Source of the DNA: an uncultured cyanobacterium
GTDB taxonomy: Bacteria; Cyanobacteriota; Cyanobacteriia; CAKZMO01
Direction of reading: 5' to 3'
NCBI GenBank assembly: GCA_963719515.1
Contig: CAVRCJ010000001.1
Coordinates: 1 to 64,000, forward strand
DNA: 64,000 bases
Part shown: piece by piece, positions 50,440-62,138 of the stretch
Layout: each line of letters begins with the position of its first letter
Numbering within the stretch: position 1 is the stretch's first letter
Notes under the pieces: generated by a model
The model's input: the letters and a program-made list of their open reading frames with translations, nothing else
What the model was told of the DNA's origin: nothing
The model's database searches: none
Position numbers and translations under genes: made by a program

Positions 50440-50611
50440 ATCTCCTAGAAGCCTCATGTACAAAGAGAAAGCCATAGAGAGAGCCGCCCTTTTCACCTCT
50501 AGCGTCAGGATGCCGTGGCCAGCGCCTCTAGGCAGAAGATTTAACAGAAAATCTATAAGCTTATGCCTTAAGCTCATCGATTAAGGTATCAAAATATCTT
50601 ATGATGGGAGT

Positions 50612-50745
50612 AACCCCACAGGGGTTCTACCCACCGGCATAGGCGTAATTCCTGACGAGTTAAATTTTAGGTTCCAGTATCTCGGTTCCGTTAGATAAGA
50701 TTTCGGCTTCTTCAGTCTCCGCAACTGTCTCGCTCACAGGTCAAC
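50612..50745 (+). ncRNA. Candidate small RNA, PsrR1 (SyR1)-like
   Basis: TATGAT at 50600-50605; 5' hairpin AACCCC-ACA-GGGGTT; core GGTTCCAGTATCTCGGTTCCGT..TAAGATTTCGGCTTCTTCAG resembles PsrR1 homologues as I recall them (unverified). Confidence 0.4.
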
Positions 50746-50865
50746 CTCAACCCCATCCAGATTGGGAACTAAAGCTTTCCCTCCGCGAGGACTCTGGTTC
50801 CCAGAATGGTTTTGGTTTGGTAAGCGTTCGGCGCTGGTGGCCATACAAAACTGACGGGAGCACCC

Positions 50866-51060
50866 ATGACACAGCTTCGACGTTCTCTTGAAGCCCTTCT
50901 TACTGCGATCGCACTTACAGCGGCAGTTGCAACTCAGCCCATGGCAGAAGATTCGTTCAAGCAACTGATTTCCAGTTTGGATACGACAGTTTGCTATGCA
51001 GAATCGGGGGGCTGTTCACCCAAGATCGCCTCTACCTGGCAGTTCTTGAAGCTGTTTTGA
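50866..51060 (+). CDS. Small hypothetical protein with signal-peptide-like N-terminus
   Basis: GGGAG RBS; basic then hydrophobic leader; two Cys. Confidence 0.45.
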   Translation: MTQLRRSLEALLTAIALTAAVATQPMAEDSFKQLISSLDTTVCYAESGGCSPKIASTWQFLKLF

Positions 51061-51181
51061 GCTGGCTCAGGTCAACTCAACAGATGAAGCGACTGCCCAG
51101 AGTTTGACTTTTTCTGAACCTCAAATCTATTAACGAGAGCGATCCCAGCACAAAACTTTTACGCTGAGATCGCTTTTTCGC

Positions 51182-51364
51182 TTATGAATAGCTCTTGGCA
51201 GGGTCTTTCCAAGCGGCAGTTTTTTGCAGAAATTCTCGAGCCTTAGGGCAGGCTAGCACCTGTCCCTGCTCTGTTAGCACGAAATGCTGTTCCGGGTAAA
51301 AGCCAGCGATGACTAGTTTGATGACGACGACGCCAACTTCAGCGGGGGTTAAAACTCGTTTCAT
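51182..51364 (-). CDS. Small hypothetical protein (60 aa)
   Basis: ATG with AGGA upstream; ends at hairpin 51138-51178. Confidence 0.45.
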   Translation of the reverse strand: MKRVLTPAEVGVVVIKLVIAGFYPEQHFVLTEQGQVLACPKAREFLQKTAAWKDPAKSYS

Positions 51365-51694
51365 TATTGATAGTCCTGAATTCCAGTAGTGATGGGGAGC
51401 TTTGGCAGCATAGACAATCTGTGGAGAATGCCAAATAGCTCACTTGAAGAGAGAGGTAAAGCGCTGAACTGCTTCAGTCGATAGAGTGTATTTAGCGCTG
51501 CTTCAACTTTATCGAACTGAGGTCTATGCTGAGGCGGAGCCTGTGCAGGTTCGCGTAATGGTCTGAATCAACTGCGGAGTCGATACTTCCAAACTTAATA
51601 GAGACCTACCTTATGCTAGCCGAGTTTTCCGCATTGATTTGGAAAATTTGGCATCTTTATAAAGGCTTCGAATTGCCTCTACGGCGATAGGTGA

Positions 51695-52861
<1,167 letters not shown>

Positions 52862-52920
52862 CCCTCTAAAATAGACCTGCTATTATAGAATCGGTTTCGG
52901 CCATAGCGGCCAAGCCGTCC

Positions 52921-52994
52921 GGGGCTGTGGCTCAGCTGGATAGAGCAAGCGCCTCCTAAGCGCTAGGTCGCGCGTTCGAATCGCGCCAGTCCCG
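52921..52994 (+). tRNA. tRNA-Arg (anticodon CCT), CCA not encoded
   Basis: Acceptor GGGGCTG/CAGTCCC; D arm GCTC..GAGC; anticodon arm AGCGC-CTCCTAA-GCGCT; GTTCGAATC T loop. Confidence 0.96.
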
Positions 52995-53201
52995 TTTACA
53001 CCTTAGGGCTACTGCCCGTGTCACCCTGTCACTGCAGCAACGGGAGACCTCTGTGCGTGGCCTCTTTACGGGAGGCTTGTGGAAAGAAGGGCGCTGACTA
53101 ATAAGGCAGGGGCGATCGCCCCGTGGGATATGCCCAGGCTCAAGACTCTGCCACAATAGAAGCTGCTCAAAGTCTGTGCGCTACTGCCCCCCTGATCCAC
53201 C

Positions 53202-54673
53202 ATGCCACTCACCCTCTACAACACGCTGACCCGCCGTAAAGAGCCCTTCGAGCCCCTCACCGCGGGCCGGGTGAGCCTGTACTGCTGCGGCGTCACCGTC
53301 TACGACTACTGCCATTTGGGCCATGCCCGCTCCTACATCGTTTGGGACACCGTGCGGCGCTACCTAGAGTGGCGGGGCTACGCCGTCCGCTACGTGCAAA
53401 ACTTTACCGACATCGACGATAAAATTTTGCGGCGGGCGGTGCAGGAAGGCTCCTCTATGACCGCCGTTTCTGAAAAGTACATCCAGGCCTACTTTGAGGA
53501 TATGGCGCGGCTCAACGTGCGGGAGGCCGACGAGTATCCCCGCGCTACCCACACCATGGACGGCATTCAGCGGCTGATTCACGAGCTAGAGCAAAAGGGT
53601 GCTGCCTACGCCGCCGCAGGAGATGTCTACTACGCGGTGCAGACGTTTCCTGAATACGGCAAGCTTTCGGGGCGGCGCTTAGAAGATCTTCAGGCTGGGG
53701 CCAGCGGTCGGGTAGAGGCCAGCCCCAATGCCCCAAAGAAGGCCTACCCCTTTGACTTTGCCCTCTGGAAAAGCGCCAAGCCAGATGAGCCGAGCTGGGA
53801 CTCGCCTTGGGGCCCCGGACGACCGGGATGGCACATCGAATGCTCTGCGATGGTGCGCGATCGCCTTGGGGAGTCCATCGACATTCACGTCGGGGGAGGA
53901 GATTTGGTGTTTCCTCACCACGAGAACGAAATTGCCCAGTCGGAAGCGGCCACCGGCAAACCCCTAGCCCGCTACTGGATGCATAACGGCATGGTGAACG
54001 TGGGGGGGGAAAAGATGTCCAAGTCTTTGGGCAACTTCACCACCATTCGTCAGCTGCTGGAGACAGGGATAGACCCGAGGGTGCTGCGGCTGTTTGTGCT
54101 TCAGGCCCAGTACCGCAAGCCCATCGATTTTACCGATGAGGCGATCGCCTCCGCCCGCAACGGCTGGGAGACGCTGCGGGATGGCCTGACCTTTGGCTAC
54201 CGGCACGGCAAGGATTTGGGATGGTCTGACGGTGGAGACGAGTCTGAGTCCGAGCTGCAGCGCCCCTGCCTGACAGCGATGCCGTAGCCCAGTTCCAGCA
54301 GGCCATGGATGACGACTTCAACACCTCGGGGGCGCTAGTGCCCTTGTTCGAATTGGCCAAAGCGCTGAAGCGGGCCAGCAACCTAATCGTTCACGCGGGG
54401 CAGGCCGACAGCGATGCGGTTCCGCTGCGTCAGCAGTGGCAGTCGCTGGTTGCTCTGGCGCAGGTGTTGGGGCTGGAGGTGTCTGCGGCAGACGCCAGGA
54501 CACCGGCCCTCGCCCTAGATGCTGCCGATATTGAGACCAAAATTCAGCAGCGGCGAGAGGCCAAGCAGGCCAAGAAATACGCCGAGGCCGACCAAATTCG
54601 CGAGCAGCTCAGCGCCCAGGGGGTGGTGCTCGTAGACAAGCCGGGGGGCGTAACGGAGTGGCATCGGGCCTGA
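53202..54673 (+). CDS. cysS: Cysteine-tRNA ligase, split by an apparent 1-nt frameshift within 54248-54284
   Basis: CG.TVYD..HLGH, GWHIECS, FPHHENE, KMSKS in first [11 protein letters not shown] and [11 protein letters not shown] in second frame. Confidence 0.92.
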
Positions 54674-54805
54674 ACCATCAAGGCGCGAGCACTTCGATAC
54701 CGACAGGCGGGCACAAAGGTCAGGAATTCTAACGAATCGTAAATTGTCAGGACGGCTAGGTCGCAGCTTCGAAAAGTAGATTACCCCCATCTACGCCACC
54801 TAGCT

Positions 54806-55960
54806 ATGACCCAGTCCACCCTACTCCGCCACGCCAAACAGGGTAACCCCACCGCCATCGCCACCCTCATCAATCGCCATGCCCGACACCAAGGCGTGGT
54901 CGCCCACGTCAGTCTACAAGGGGACTGTCTGCACGTCATTCTGGAAGGGCAAGAGCCCCCCCTCCAGACCTTTTGGAGTCACTACCTAGAGCGGGCGCTC
55001 AGCCAGCTCGGCACAACGGCAGTTAGGCAACTTCAAGTTTATGGACGGTGCTATGGCGCAAAGCATTCGGCCTGGAGTGAAACCATAGCGCTGGGGGACA
55101 ATACGCTTGTAACTGCCCCAGCCGCCTCTGTTCCCAGCGCTTCTATGCCTACCGTCTCTATTGCCGTGCCGCCCAGCAGACCGTCTAGTAGTGCTGTACC
55201 CGACAACAGCAGCGCTTGGACTTTCAGGACCACGGCAGTACCGGTGACGAAGCCGCAACCGAGTGCTTGGTTGACAGCGGGCGCTAAAGCCGACTGTCAA
55301 CGGCAATCGCCGGCGCCCTCTCGCCGCAGTTCTTCAAAACCTAGCGTCGGCTTAGAAACAGGCCGCTGGCGATCGCTCCTGCAAACGCTGACTCACCTTA
55401 ATCTAGCGCTGGCGCTACAGTGGCTGGGCTCCATGCTGCTGGTGGGGGGCGGTGCGGCTGGGCTCCACGCCTGGGGCAGGTCGAGCGGCGTTTTAGCTGG
55501 GCTTGGGGGCCAAGTTCCCCAGTTTGCCCTGATAGCGCTGGGCCTTGGCGCTCTGGGCTGGCTGAGCGGCCAGATACAGGCCACCCTATTGAACGGCTGG
55601 GTCGTGTCCAGCGATCGCTGGACGGTGGTGACGGTTTTGGGCGCGGTTTTAGGCTGGGCTGCAGGACTGCTTACGGGAGCGCCGGTCCTAGCGCTACCGA
55701 TTTTGGCCGTCTTTCAATGGACGGCGCTGCGTCAGTGGCAATCTCAGGCCTACGGCTGGATAGTGGTCCATAGCGCGACGGCGATCGCCGCGTTGATGCT
55801 GATGCCGCTGCTGCGGCCTGCCGCAGTGGGATGGGGCAATACGCTTTCCGCAGGTTATTTTGAGACGGGCCATGGGCTCACCGCCGACGTTGCGCTGCTG
55901 TGGCTGTTCTACAGCGGGGGGGGCGCGCTCGCGGCAGGAAAGGTTTTTTATCGCCCTTAA
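54806..55960 (+). CDS. Hypothetical membrane protein
   Basis: AKQGNPTAIATLIN cyanobacterial N-terminal module, Pro/Ser linker, several TM helices. Confidence 0.65.
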   Translation: MTQSTLLRHAKQGNPTAIATLINRHARHQGVVAHVSLQGDCLHVILEGQEPPLQTFWSHYLERALSQLGTTAVRQLQVYGRCYGAKHSAWSETIALGDNTLVTAPAASVPSASMPTVSIAVPPSRPSSSAVPDNSSAWTFRTTAVPVTKPQPSAWLTAGAKADCQRQSPAPSRRSSSKPSVGLETGRWRSLLQTLTHLNLALALQWLGSMLLVGGGAAGLHAWGRSSGVLAGLGGQVPQFALIALGLGALGWLSGQIQATLLNGWVVSSDRWTVVTVLGAVLGWAAGLLTGAPVLALPILAVFQWTALRQWQSQAYGWIVVHSATAIAALMLMPLLRPAAVGWGNTLSAGYFETGHGLTADVALLWLFYSGGGALAAGKVFYRP

Positions 55961-56652
55961 GGCCTGATTTGCAGGTCGCGAACGGGCTTTTCTATAAGGC
56001 AGCGCCAGTGGCAGACAAACAGGTCGGGAGACTGACGTCCTTGGCTGGCTAGGGCAGGGGCGGCGGGGAAGGGCCACAGCCGATCAAAGGTGATGCGATC
56101 GCCCTGACAAGCCGCCTGCAGTAAGTAAACGGCGGGCGGTGCCGTTAGGGCAGTGAGCAGCCAACGGCCCAGCCGGTACAGCGGCTGTCGCTGCGCATCC
56201 GACAGGTAAACGGGCTGCTGAAAGCTCTGCCCGATGCTGCCGGATGGCCCAGTTAAGGGATCTTGACCAATCGCTTCACCGTATAAAGGCCCTTTGGCGG
56301 TTAGCACTAAAGGAATCCATAGATTGCCCTCCCCAACGCTGTAGCCCTCGGCGGAAACGCGCTGCCTCAGCCCCGCCACGTCGCGGCAGGCGTTGTAGAG
56401 CTGCTGCCGGGGGAAGGAAACGTCTGGAACAAGGGTTAGAGGGCAAAGGATATCGGCTTTAAGAGGGCGCGAGGGCTGTCGCTCGCTCTCCGCTGTGGCA
56501 ACGTTGATCGTTACGTCGCCCTGCGCCGAGGTCGCGGGCAGCGGAGAGCTTGAATCGGCTGCCTCATCAGCCAAGATAGCCCGCTCCATCGCAGCTGCGA
56601 TGGCGACGCTGCCGGGCTCAGACGTCGACGTTATCAGGGTAATGGCAACCAC
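55957..56652 (-). CDS. Conserved cyanobacterial hypothetical protein
   Basis: W.P.VLTAKGPLYGE.I, FDRLWPFPAAPALAS..PDLF.CHW. Confidence 0.7.
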   Translation of the reverse strand: MVAITLITSTSEPGSVAIAAAMERAILADEAADSSSPLPATSAQGDVTINVATAESERQPSRPLKADILCPLTLVPDVSFPRQQLYNACRDVAGLRQRVSAEGYSVGEGNLWIPLVLTAKGPLYGEAIGQDPLTGPSGSIGQSFQQPVYLSDAQRQPLYRLGRWLLTALTAPPAVYLLQAACQGDRITFDRLWPFPAAPALASQGRQSPDLFVCHWRCLIEKPVRDLQIRP

Positions 56653-56664
56653 GCGGGGCTCGGG

Positions 56665-57210
56665 TTAAGACGCGTAGCGCGCGTCGGAGACCGCACTCAA
56701 GCGAGGAAACGTTGGCAAGTCGAGCTGGGCAATCTGGCGATCGCGCACGGCTAGGCGATAGCTGACGCTGTTGAGCTCTGTCTGTAGGCTGCGGTTGGTC
56801 TGCTGCAGCTTGAGAATCTTGGCCTTTACGGGCACCATGCGCTCGGCAAACTTCTGCTTGTAAATCTGGGGCATCTCCCGCAGCGCGGTTTCTAGCAGCT
56901 GGACACGGGAGTTGAGCTGAGTAACGGACTGCTGCAGGTGGACAAGTTCAGCCTCACGCTGCTGCAGACGAGTGCGGTAGTCAGCCGTTCTGTGCTTCTC
57001 GCTTTGGAGCTGCTGCTTAAGGGACTTTAGCTCGGTGGGGGTGGTGCGGCTAGCCGTTGGCACCTGTTCCCGGACCAGCCGAAACAGCTCTTGGGAGAGC
57101 TGCTGCACCAGCTGGTCCCGCAGCCGCAGCTCCGATTGAAGACGAACGAGCTCGGCCTGAGCTTCGGATTGCTTATTGGACCGTCTTAGAGGTGAAGAAA
57201 GAAGGGTCAC
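56665..57210 (-). CDS. Coiled-coil protein, Npun_F5560-like
   Basis: LRDQLVQQLSQELFRLV, PQIY.QKF, EL.SVSYRLA. Confidence 0.7.
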   Translation of the reverse strand: MTLLSSPLRRSNKQSEAQAELVRLQSELRLRDQLVQQLSQELFRLVREQVPTASRTTPTELKSLKQQLQSEKHRTADYRTRLQQREAELVHLQQSVTQLNSRVQLLETALREMPQIYKQKFAERMVPVKAKILKLQQTNRSLQTELNSVSYRLAVRDRQIAQLDLPTFPRLSAVSDARYAS

Positions 57211-57358
57211 ATTCCCGCTCCAGGAGAGTAACGTTTTCAGGCGGCGAGTATAGTGCAGCTTTGTCTACTGATCCGCTATAGGCACCATCTAGCCACCTAT
57301 TGTATTAGCGAGGCACATTTGTTACAAGTCCTGGAGACGAATTCCTCAACAAGCGAGC

Positions 57359-57685
57359 CTATTGAGCGGCCGCTTCCTCGGCCTCTTCAGCCTCTTCAAC
57401 TAGCTCTTGCTTGATGGTTAAGAAGCGCAAAACAGCCTCGCTCAGCCGCATGGCGCGCTGCATGATGGCGATCGCTTCCCCAGGAGCGCGGTAGTTCATC
57501 TGGATGTAGATGCCTTCTCGCTGCCGGTCAATCTCGTAGGAGAGGCGGCGCTTGCCCCGGTGCTGGATATCGATGTCCTGGGCACCGTTTTCTAGCAGAA
57601 TGTTTTGGTAGGTGGCAATGACCTGGTCAGCATCCTCTTCACCCAGGCTGGGGCGGAGGATGTACATGGTTTCGTAGGTGTTCAT
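57359..57685 (-). CDS. rpsF: 30S ribosomal protein S6
   Basis: [25 protein letters not shown]. Confidence 0.96.
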   Translation of the reverse strand: MNTYETMYILRPSLGEEDADQVIATYQNILLENGAQDIDIQHRGKRRLSYEIDRQREGIYIQMNYRAPGEAIAIMQRAMRLSEAVLRFLTIKQELVEEAEEAEEAAAQ

Positions 57686-57698
57686 AGCAGCTTTAGGT

Positions 57699-57768
57699 TC
57701 CTTATGGACAATAGGGCTGCGCGTTTCAAGGGGGCAACATTGGGCCTTTACCTTTACCGCAGCAAGGA
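57699..57768 (-). promoter_or_regulatory. rpsF leader resembling the S6:S18-binding RNA motif
   Basis: Minus strand TCCTT-GCTGCG...CGCAGC-CCTATTGTCCAT-AAGGA; outer helix sequesters SD; TATGAT at 57775-57780. Confidence 0.6.
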
Positions 57769-57837
57769 TTTTCCATCATATCCTAAATTGTTGATGGAAC
57801 AATACGAGAATTGACTCTGAATCTACGTCAGCTAACT

Positions 57838-58323
57838 ATGCCAACTAACCTCACGCTACGACCGGCAGAGGCCCAAGACGTGCCCCTGATTTTACAGTTC
57901 ATCCATGAGCTTGCAGACTACGAAAAGCTGCGCCATGAGTCTGTCGCCACCGAAACGCTGCTGCAGGAGCACCTGTTTGGTCCCACGCCTAGCGCTGCCG
58001 TCTTGCTTGCCGAGTGGGACAGCGCACCTGCAGGCATGGCCCTGTACTTCCGCACCTTTTCCACTTTCCTAGGTCTTCCCGGCCTCTACCTCGAAGATCT
58101 CTACGTTAGACCCGAATTTCGCGGACGGGGCATTGGGCGATCGCTGCTGGTGAAGCTGGCCCAGCTCGCCGTGGAGCGGGGCTACGGGCGGTTGGAGTGG
58201 TCAGTGCTCAACTGGAACGAGCCTGCCATTGGATTCTATAAAGGGTTAGGGGCGAAGCCCTTAGACGAGTGGACGGGATACCGGCTCACCGGGGATGCCC
58301 TGACTCAGGTCGCGGCGGAATAG
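57838..58323 (+). CDS. GNAT N-acetyltransferase (diamine acetyltransferase-like)
   Basis: ELADYEK, FSTF.G..GLYLEDLYV..RGRGIG, WSVLNWNEPAI.FY. Confidence 0.88.
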   Translation: MPTNLTLRPAEAQDVPLILQFIHELADYEKLRHESVATETLLQEHLFGPTPSAAVLLAEWDSAPAGMALYFRTFSTFLGLPGLYLEDLYVRPEFRGRGIGRSLLVKLAQLAVERGYGRLEWSVLNWNEPAIGFYKGLGAKPLDEWTGYRLTGDALTQVAAE

Positions 58324-58358
58324 GGCTCGGCGGCGGTCGGCTCGCCCCTGAGGCAGGG

Positions 58359-59033
58359 TTAGATGTCGGCTTTAGACAATCGCTGCAGCGAGAGCACTGC
58401 CGACGCCGCCACGTGACGGTGGTCGTCTTTGGCCAGGTACCGCAGCGCCGACAGGCTCTTCTCCGTCGGCAGCTGACCCAAGGCCTCTGCTAGGCGCTGC
58501 CGCACCAGCCAGTCTTCGGATTGGGCAAAGGTCAGAATTTTGTCCACCGAGTCAATCGCCTTAATTTCCCCCAGGGCAGCGATCGCCGCTTGGTGAATCA
58601 CCACCTCAGGGCTATCGAGCGCCTGCATCAGCGCGTCGTAGGCACGGGGATCCTTGAGGTTTCCCAGGGCAACGGCGGCGCTAAAGCGTACTAGCCAGTC
58701 CACATCTTCGTACAGCGCCCGGTTCAGCACCTCAAAGGCGCGGGGGTCTTCGAGATAGCCCAACGCCCCCGCCGCGTCAGCTCGAATGCCGTAGTCGGGG
58801 TCACCCTCTAAAAGCCGAACTAGCGTAGGATAGCTGTCGTCGTTAGGCTTCACCCCTAGGGCAAAGACCGCCATAGAGCGAACCTGCAGGTTCTCATCGT
58901 CGATCACTTTTTTGATCAGGGGAGCGGCTTCCTCAGCAGAATAATGTCTGAGGTTGGCCAGCGCCACCATGCGATCGCCCGACTTCTCGCTCTCCAGTTT
59001 CTCGGCAATCTGCTCCAGGGTCATCGGCGTCAT
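58359..59033 (-). CDS. PBS-lyase HEAT-repeat protein (NblB-like)
   Basis: Repeated VR..A..ALG units; DWLVRFSAAVALGNL. Confidence 0.8.
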   Translation of the reverse strand: MTPMTLEQIAEKLESEKSGDRMVALANLRHYSAEEAAPLIKKVIDDENLQVRSMAVFALGVKPNDDSYPTLVRLLEGDPDYGIRADAAGALGYLEDPRAFEVLNRALYEDVDWLVRFSAAVALGNLKDPRAYDALMQALDSPEVVIHQAAIAALGEIKAIDSVDKILTFAQSEDWLVRQRLAEALGQLPTEKSLSALRYLAKDDHRHVAASAVLSLQRLSKADI

Positions 59034-59114
59034 TCAGCGTCTCTCATGTTTGAAACTTATCTTAATGTTATCGAAAACTTTCAGGTCTTGAATCCGACTC
59101 AAGAATGAGACGCT

Positions 59115-61001
59115 TCAATCGCCCCCCTGCTGGAGCGCATAGACGGAGACCCGCTGCAAACGGCCTTTGAGCTTAAAGCTACCTACGCGACGACAGGGAT
59201 AAGTATTGCCTAAGGCCTGGCGCGTTGCCTCCGTCAGCAGCAGCGAGTAGGGATTCTCAGCCACTACGACCTTGTTGAGTTCCTCTAGCCGCGCCGCCAC
59301 GTTGACCGTGTCTCCAACGATGGAGTAGTTTAGCCGCTGGCGATTGCCCACGCTCCCTGCGGTCACCGCGCCCGTATGAATGCCGGTCCCGATATTTATT
59401 GGGGCATAGCCATCCTGCAAAAGCTTTTGATTCAGCCGCTGCACCTGCTCGTGAATTTTGAGGCAGGCTTCTATCGCCCGAGTCGCATCTCCCCCAATCG
59501 CGGCGGCGTCTGCCTGTTCTGTCGGGGTGCCGAAGTAGGCCATCACCTCATCTCCAATAAACTTATCAACCCTGCCCCCCTGAATAGTGATCTGCTCGGT
59601 TATGGCGTTTAGATATTGGTTCAGCCAGTGCATGAGGGTCTTAGAGGAAAGCTGTTCGGCCACGGTGGTAAATCCGCGAATATCGATGAACAGCACCGTG
59701 GCAACTAGGTCTTGAAGGGGCAGCTCGCCGTTTTGGAGGATGTGGTCCCGCTGCTGCCAGAGCAGCTTTGCGGTAGTGGGATCAACGTGAATTGAAAATA
59801 GCTCCATCAGCTGCTGTTTTTCCCACTGGGCGCTGGCTTGGGTGCCAGCTGCCGCGAGAAGAATTGTTCCGATAGGGGCCGCGACGGGCAGCCAAACATG
59901 GGCGAGGAGGCCGAGAAACGCCAACAGTCCCCAGGCCAGCGGGAGGCCGAGAGCTAGACGAAGTCGGGAGGAGTTGATGAGGCCAACGGTTCCCAGGCCG
60001 GCCAGCACCACAATAGGAATTAGCCCCCAGTCTGGTAAGCGCGTGAGCGATCGCCCAGCGATTAAATTGTCGATAACGGCGGCGTGGAGATAGACGTTGG
60101 CGGTGGGCGGCAATAGATCGAACGGGGTCCGCAGGGAGTCGATTGCGGTTGCCGTAACCCCTATCAAGACGATGCGATTCCTAAAGGCATCGGGCGAGAC
60201 CTGACCCGATAGGACGCAGTCCATAGAGTAGACAGAAAGCTGATCGGGACCGGGCGTAGCGCAGCTTACCGGCGCTTGAACCGGTGCGGGCCAGTTGAGC
60301 CAGAGGGTTTGCGGTATGGGCTGTGGGCCTTTCGCGATCGCCGGGAGGTTTAGGGCGTCATCCGCCGCCGTCGCTGTCTGACTTTCTCGGTAGGTTTGCA
60401 GCAGCGCCAGACCAAAGGCAGGTACATCCCCCTGGTGCGTTTCGACAGAGCGCGTGATGCCGTCTCTATCGGGGGTGACCAGCACATGCCCTTGACCCGC
60501 CGCTGCTGCCGCAAGCAGCGGTACCGGGGGCAGCGTGTTGCCTTGGGCATTTGCGGTCACGGGCAGAATGACGGTCCACTGCCGGTTGATCGCCTCCGCG
60601 AAAGCCTGATCGTAGGGAGACGGATCGGCAAACAATAGGTCGAATCCGACGGCGGCGGGCTGCGCCACAATGAGATAGTCGAGCAGATCGATGTAGTATC
60701 GCCGGCTGACAGGAAATTGTCCGTAGCGGCTCAGGGTGTGATCGTCAATGGCAATTACGGCAACGCGAGAGTCCCACTGAAGGGGCGCTATTGTCTGCCG
60801 GGCTCGAAATAGCAGCACATAGCTGGCATTGTCGAACAGTCGCCATCCTCCCACCGCTTGAATGCCTAAAGCGATCGCTGCCGTCAGTAGCCCAACTGCG
60901 CTCAGCCTCAGCCGTTTGAAACGGCGAATTCGCTTCAGCAGCTTGGGCTGACTAGGCGGCTCCTCAGCCAATGGAGTTGATGGGTCTGTGGTGGTCGCCA
61001 T
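59115..61001 (-). CDS. CHASE2-domain class III adenylate cyclase
   Basis: IAIDD..L.RYG.FP..R, VGFDLLF, IVLIG.TA; three TM; FIDIRGFT, DKFIGDEVMA, GDTVNVAARLE. Confidence 0.9.
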   Translation of the reverse strand: MATTTDPSTPLAEEPPSQPKLLKRIRRFKRLRLSAVGLLTAAIALGIQAVGGWRLFDNASYVLLFRARQTIAPLQWDSRVAVIAIDDHTLSRYGQFPVSRRYYIDLLDYLIVAQPAAVGFDLLFADPSPYDQAFAEAINRQWTVILPVTANAQGNTLPPVPLLAAAAAGQGHVLVTPDRDGITRSVETHQGDVPAFGLALLQTYRESQTATAADDALNLPAIAKGPQPIPQTLWLNWPAPVQAPVSCATPGPDQLSVYSMDCVLSGQVSPDAFRNRIVLIGVTATAIDSLRTPFDLLPPTANVYLHAAVIDNLIAGRSLTRLPDWGLIPIVVLAGLGTVGLINSSRLRLALGLPLAWGLLAFLGLLAHVWLPVAAPIGTILLAAAGTQASAQWEKQQLMELFSIHVDPTTAKLLWQQRDHILQNGELPLQDLVATVLFIDIRGFTTVAEQLSSKTLMHWLNQYLNAITEQITIQGGRVDKFIGDEVMAYFGTPTEQADAAAIGGDATRAIEACLKIHEQVQRLNQKLLQDGYAPINIGTGIHTGAVTAGSVGNRQRLNYSIVGDTVNVAARLEELNKVVVAENPYSLLLTEATRQALGNTYPCRRVGSFKLKGRLQRVSVYALQQGGD

Positions 61002-61015
61002 CGCGTCTTTATCGG

Positions 61016-61936
61016 CTACCGCCGCTCGCTTCGTAACGCTACTGAATAGTCGCGGCGATCGCCCAGAGGATTTTGGACTGAGAAGCGCGCTATCCGTCGG
61101 CGCGACAGCGGAGGGACCGAGATTCGAAATCTGCCGTTGAGGCGAGTTTCGACAATATCGCCATTGACCAGCAGGGTGTTGGAGGGGGCGATACGCCCAA
61201 CAAGAACAACACGCCCGCCGTTTGACCTCAAAGAGCGAACCTGCAGCTGCAGCGCCCTATCGAGCCGCGTCGGTAGGGAGGGTGGCTCCCCCGGCAAAAT
61301 GACGCTAGCAAAGCCGGGGTTAACCAGCACGCTGACGCCCTGGGCTCTCGCTTCTACAGCGCCGCTCTCAGTCCCAATGCTTGTTTTACCCCCTGGGGTG
61401 ACGGCAACGCCAAACTCGGTACCCCGCACTGCCGCTGTGCCTGCGGGCGTTTCTATCTCTAGGTTGGAGTTGGGATTGTTAAAGCGGCGGATCTGCAGTC
61501 GCGCTTGACCTTCCTCAATCCGCAGTGCAGTGATCCGGGCACCGTCCCGCAATGCCTGCAGACTATCGACCCTCAGACTCGTGTTTTCCGCTACCTGCAC
61601 CACGCCAATGTTGCTGTCGAGCTCTAGCGTTGACGCCGATAGGGCTGCTGTTGTCAGCCCGCTACCTCGGCGCTGCAGACGATCGCCGACCTGCGCTGGG
61701 CGCTGTCTCTGGTCTTCTCGAAACGTGACGGTTCCCTGCATTTGCTGGACCTCTAGCCACCGCTCTCCCTGGGGTAGCGATAGCCACTGGGCACGGGCAG
61801 GGGGCAGCATAATAGCCGCAGTTGTCCCTATCGTCATGAGAGTAACGCCGGTAAGCCAGATGCGCTGCGGCCTAGCACCTATGAGATGGGCCAGCATTTT
61901 GAACGTCGTCTTATCCTGTAGCTGTAGAATAGCCAT
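61016..61936 (-). CDS. FecR-domain protein
   Basis: Signal-like leader; IETPAGTAAVRGTEFGV. Confidence 0.85.
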   Translation of the reverse strand: MAILQLQDKTTFKMLAHLIGARPQRIWLTGVTLMTIGTTAAIMLPPARAQWLSLPQGERWLEVQQMQGTVTFREDQRQRPAQVGDRLQRRGSGLTTAALSASTLELDSNIGVVQVAENTSLRVDSLQALRDGARITALRIEEGQARLQIRRFNNPNSNLEIETPAGTAAVRGTEFGVAVTPGGKTSIGTESGAVEARAQGVSVLVNPGFASVILPGEPPSLPTRLDRALQLQVRSLRSNGGRVVLVGRIAPSNTLLVNGDIVETRLNGRFRISVPPLSRRRIARFSVQNPLGDRRDYSVALRSERR

Positions 61937-62138
61937 GTGAAGGAACGCTATAGTTTCTCTGACCCTTGTATGCCCAATGTCAGCGGTATACCCAATGTCG
62001 TCTGGGCGTACTCACAGGCAATAAACCACGTTTTGGCAACTCCAGTTTCCAACCTAGACGAAGTTTGTCTGAAGGCGTAACTAGAGCAGCTAATTGATGG
62101 GTATGCCTTAGCCAGTGCTGCAAATATCGCTGAGGACA

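Noticed and set aside
52921..53200. tRNA-Arg as an integration site, or a structured RNA after it
   Set aside because: No integrase or duplicated tRNA 3' end seen; only short hairpins, one being an extended HIP1 palindrome
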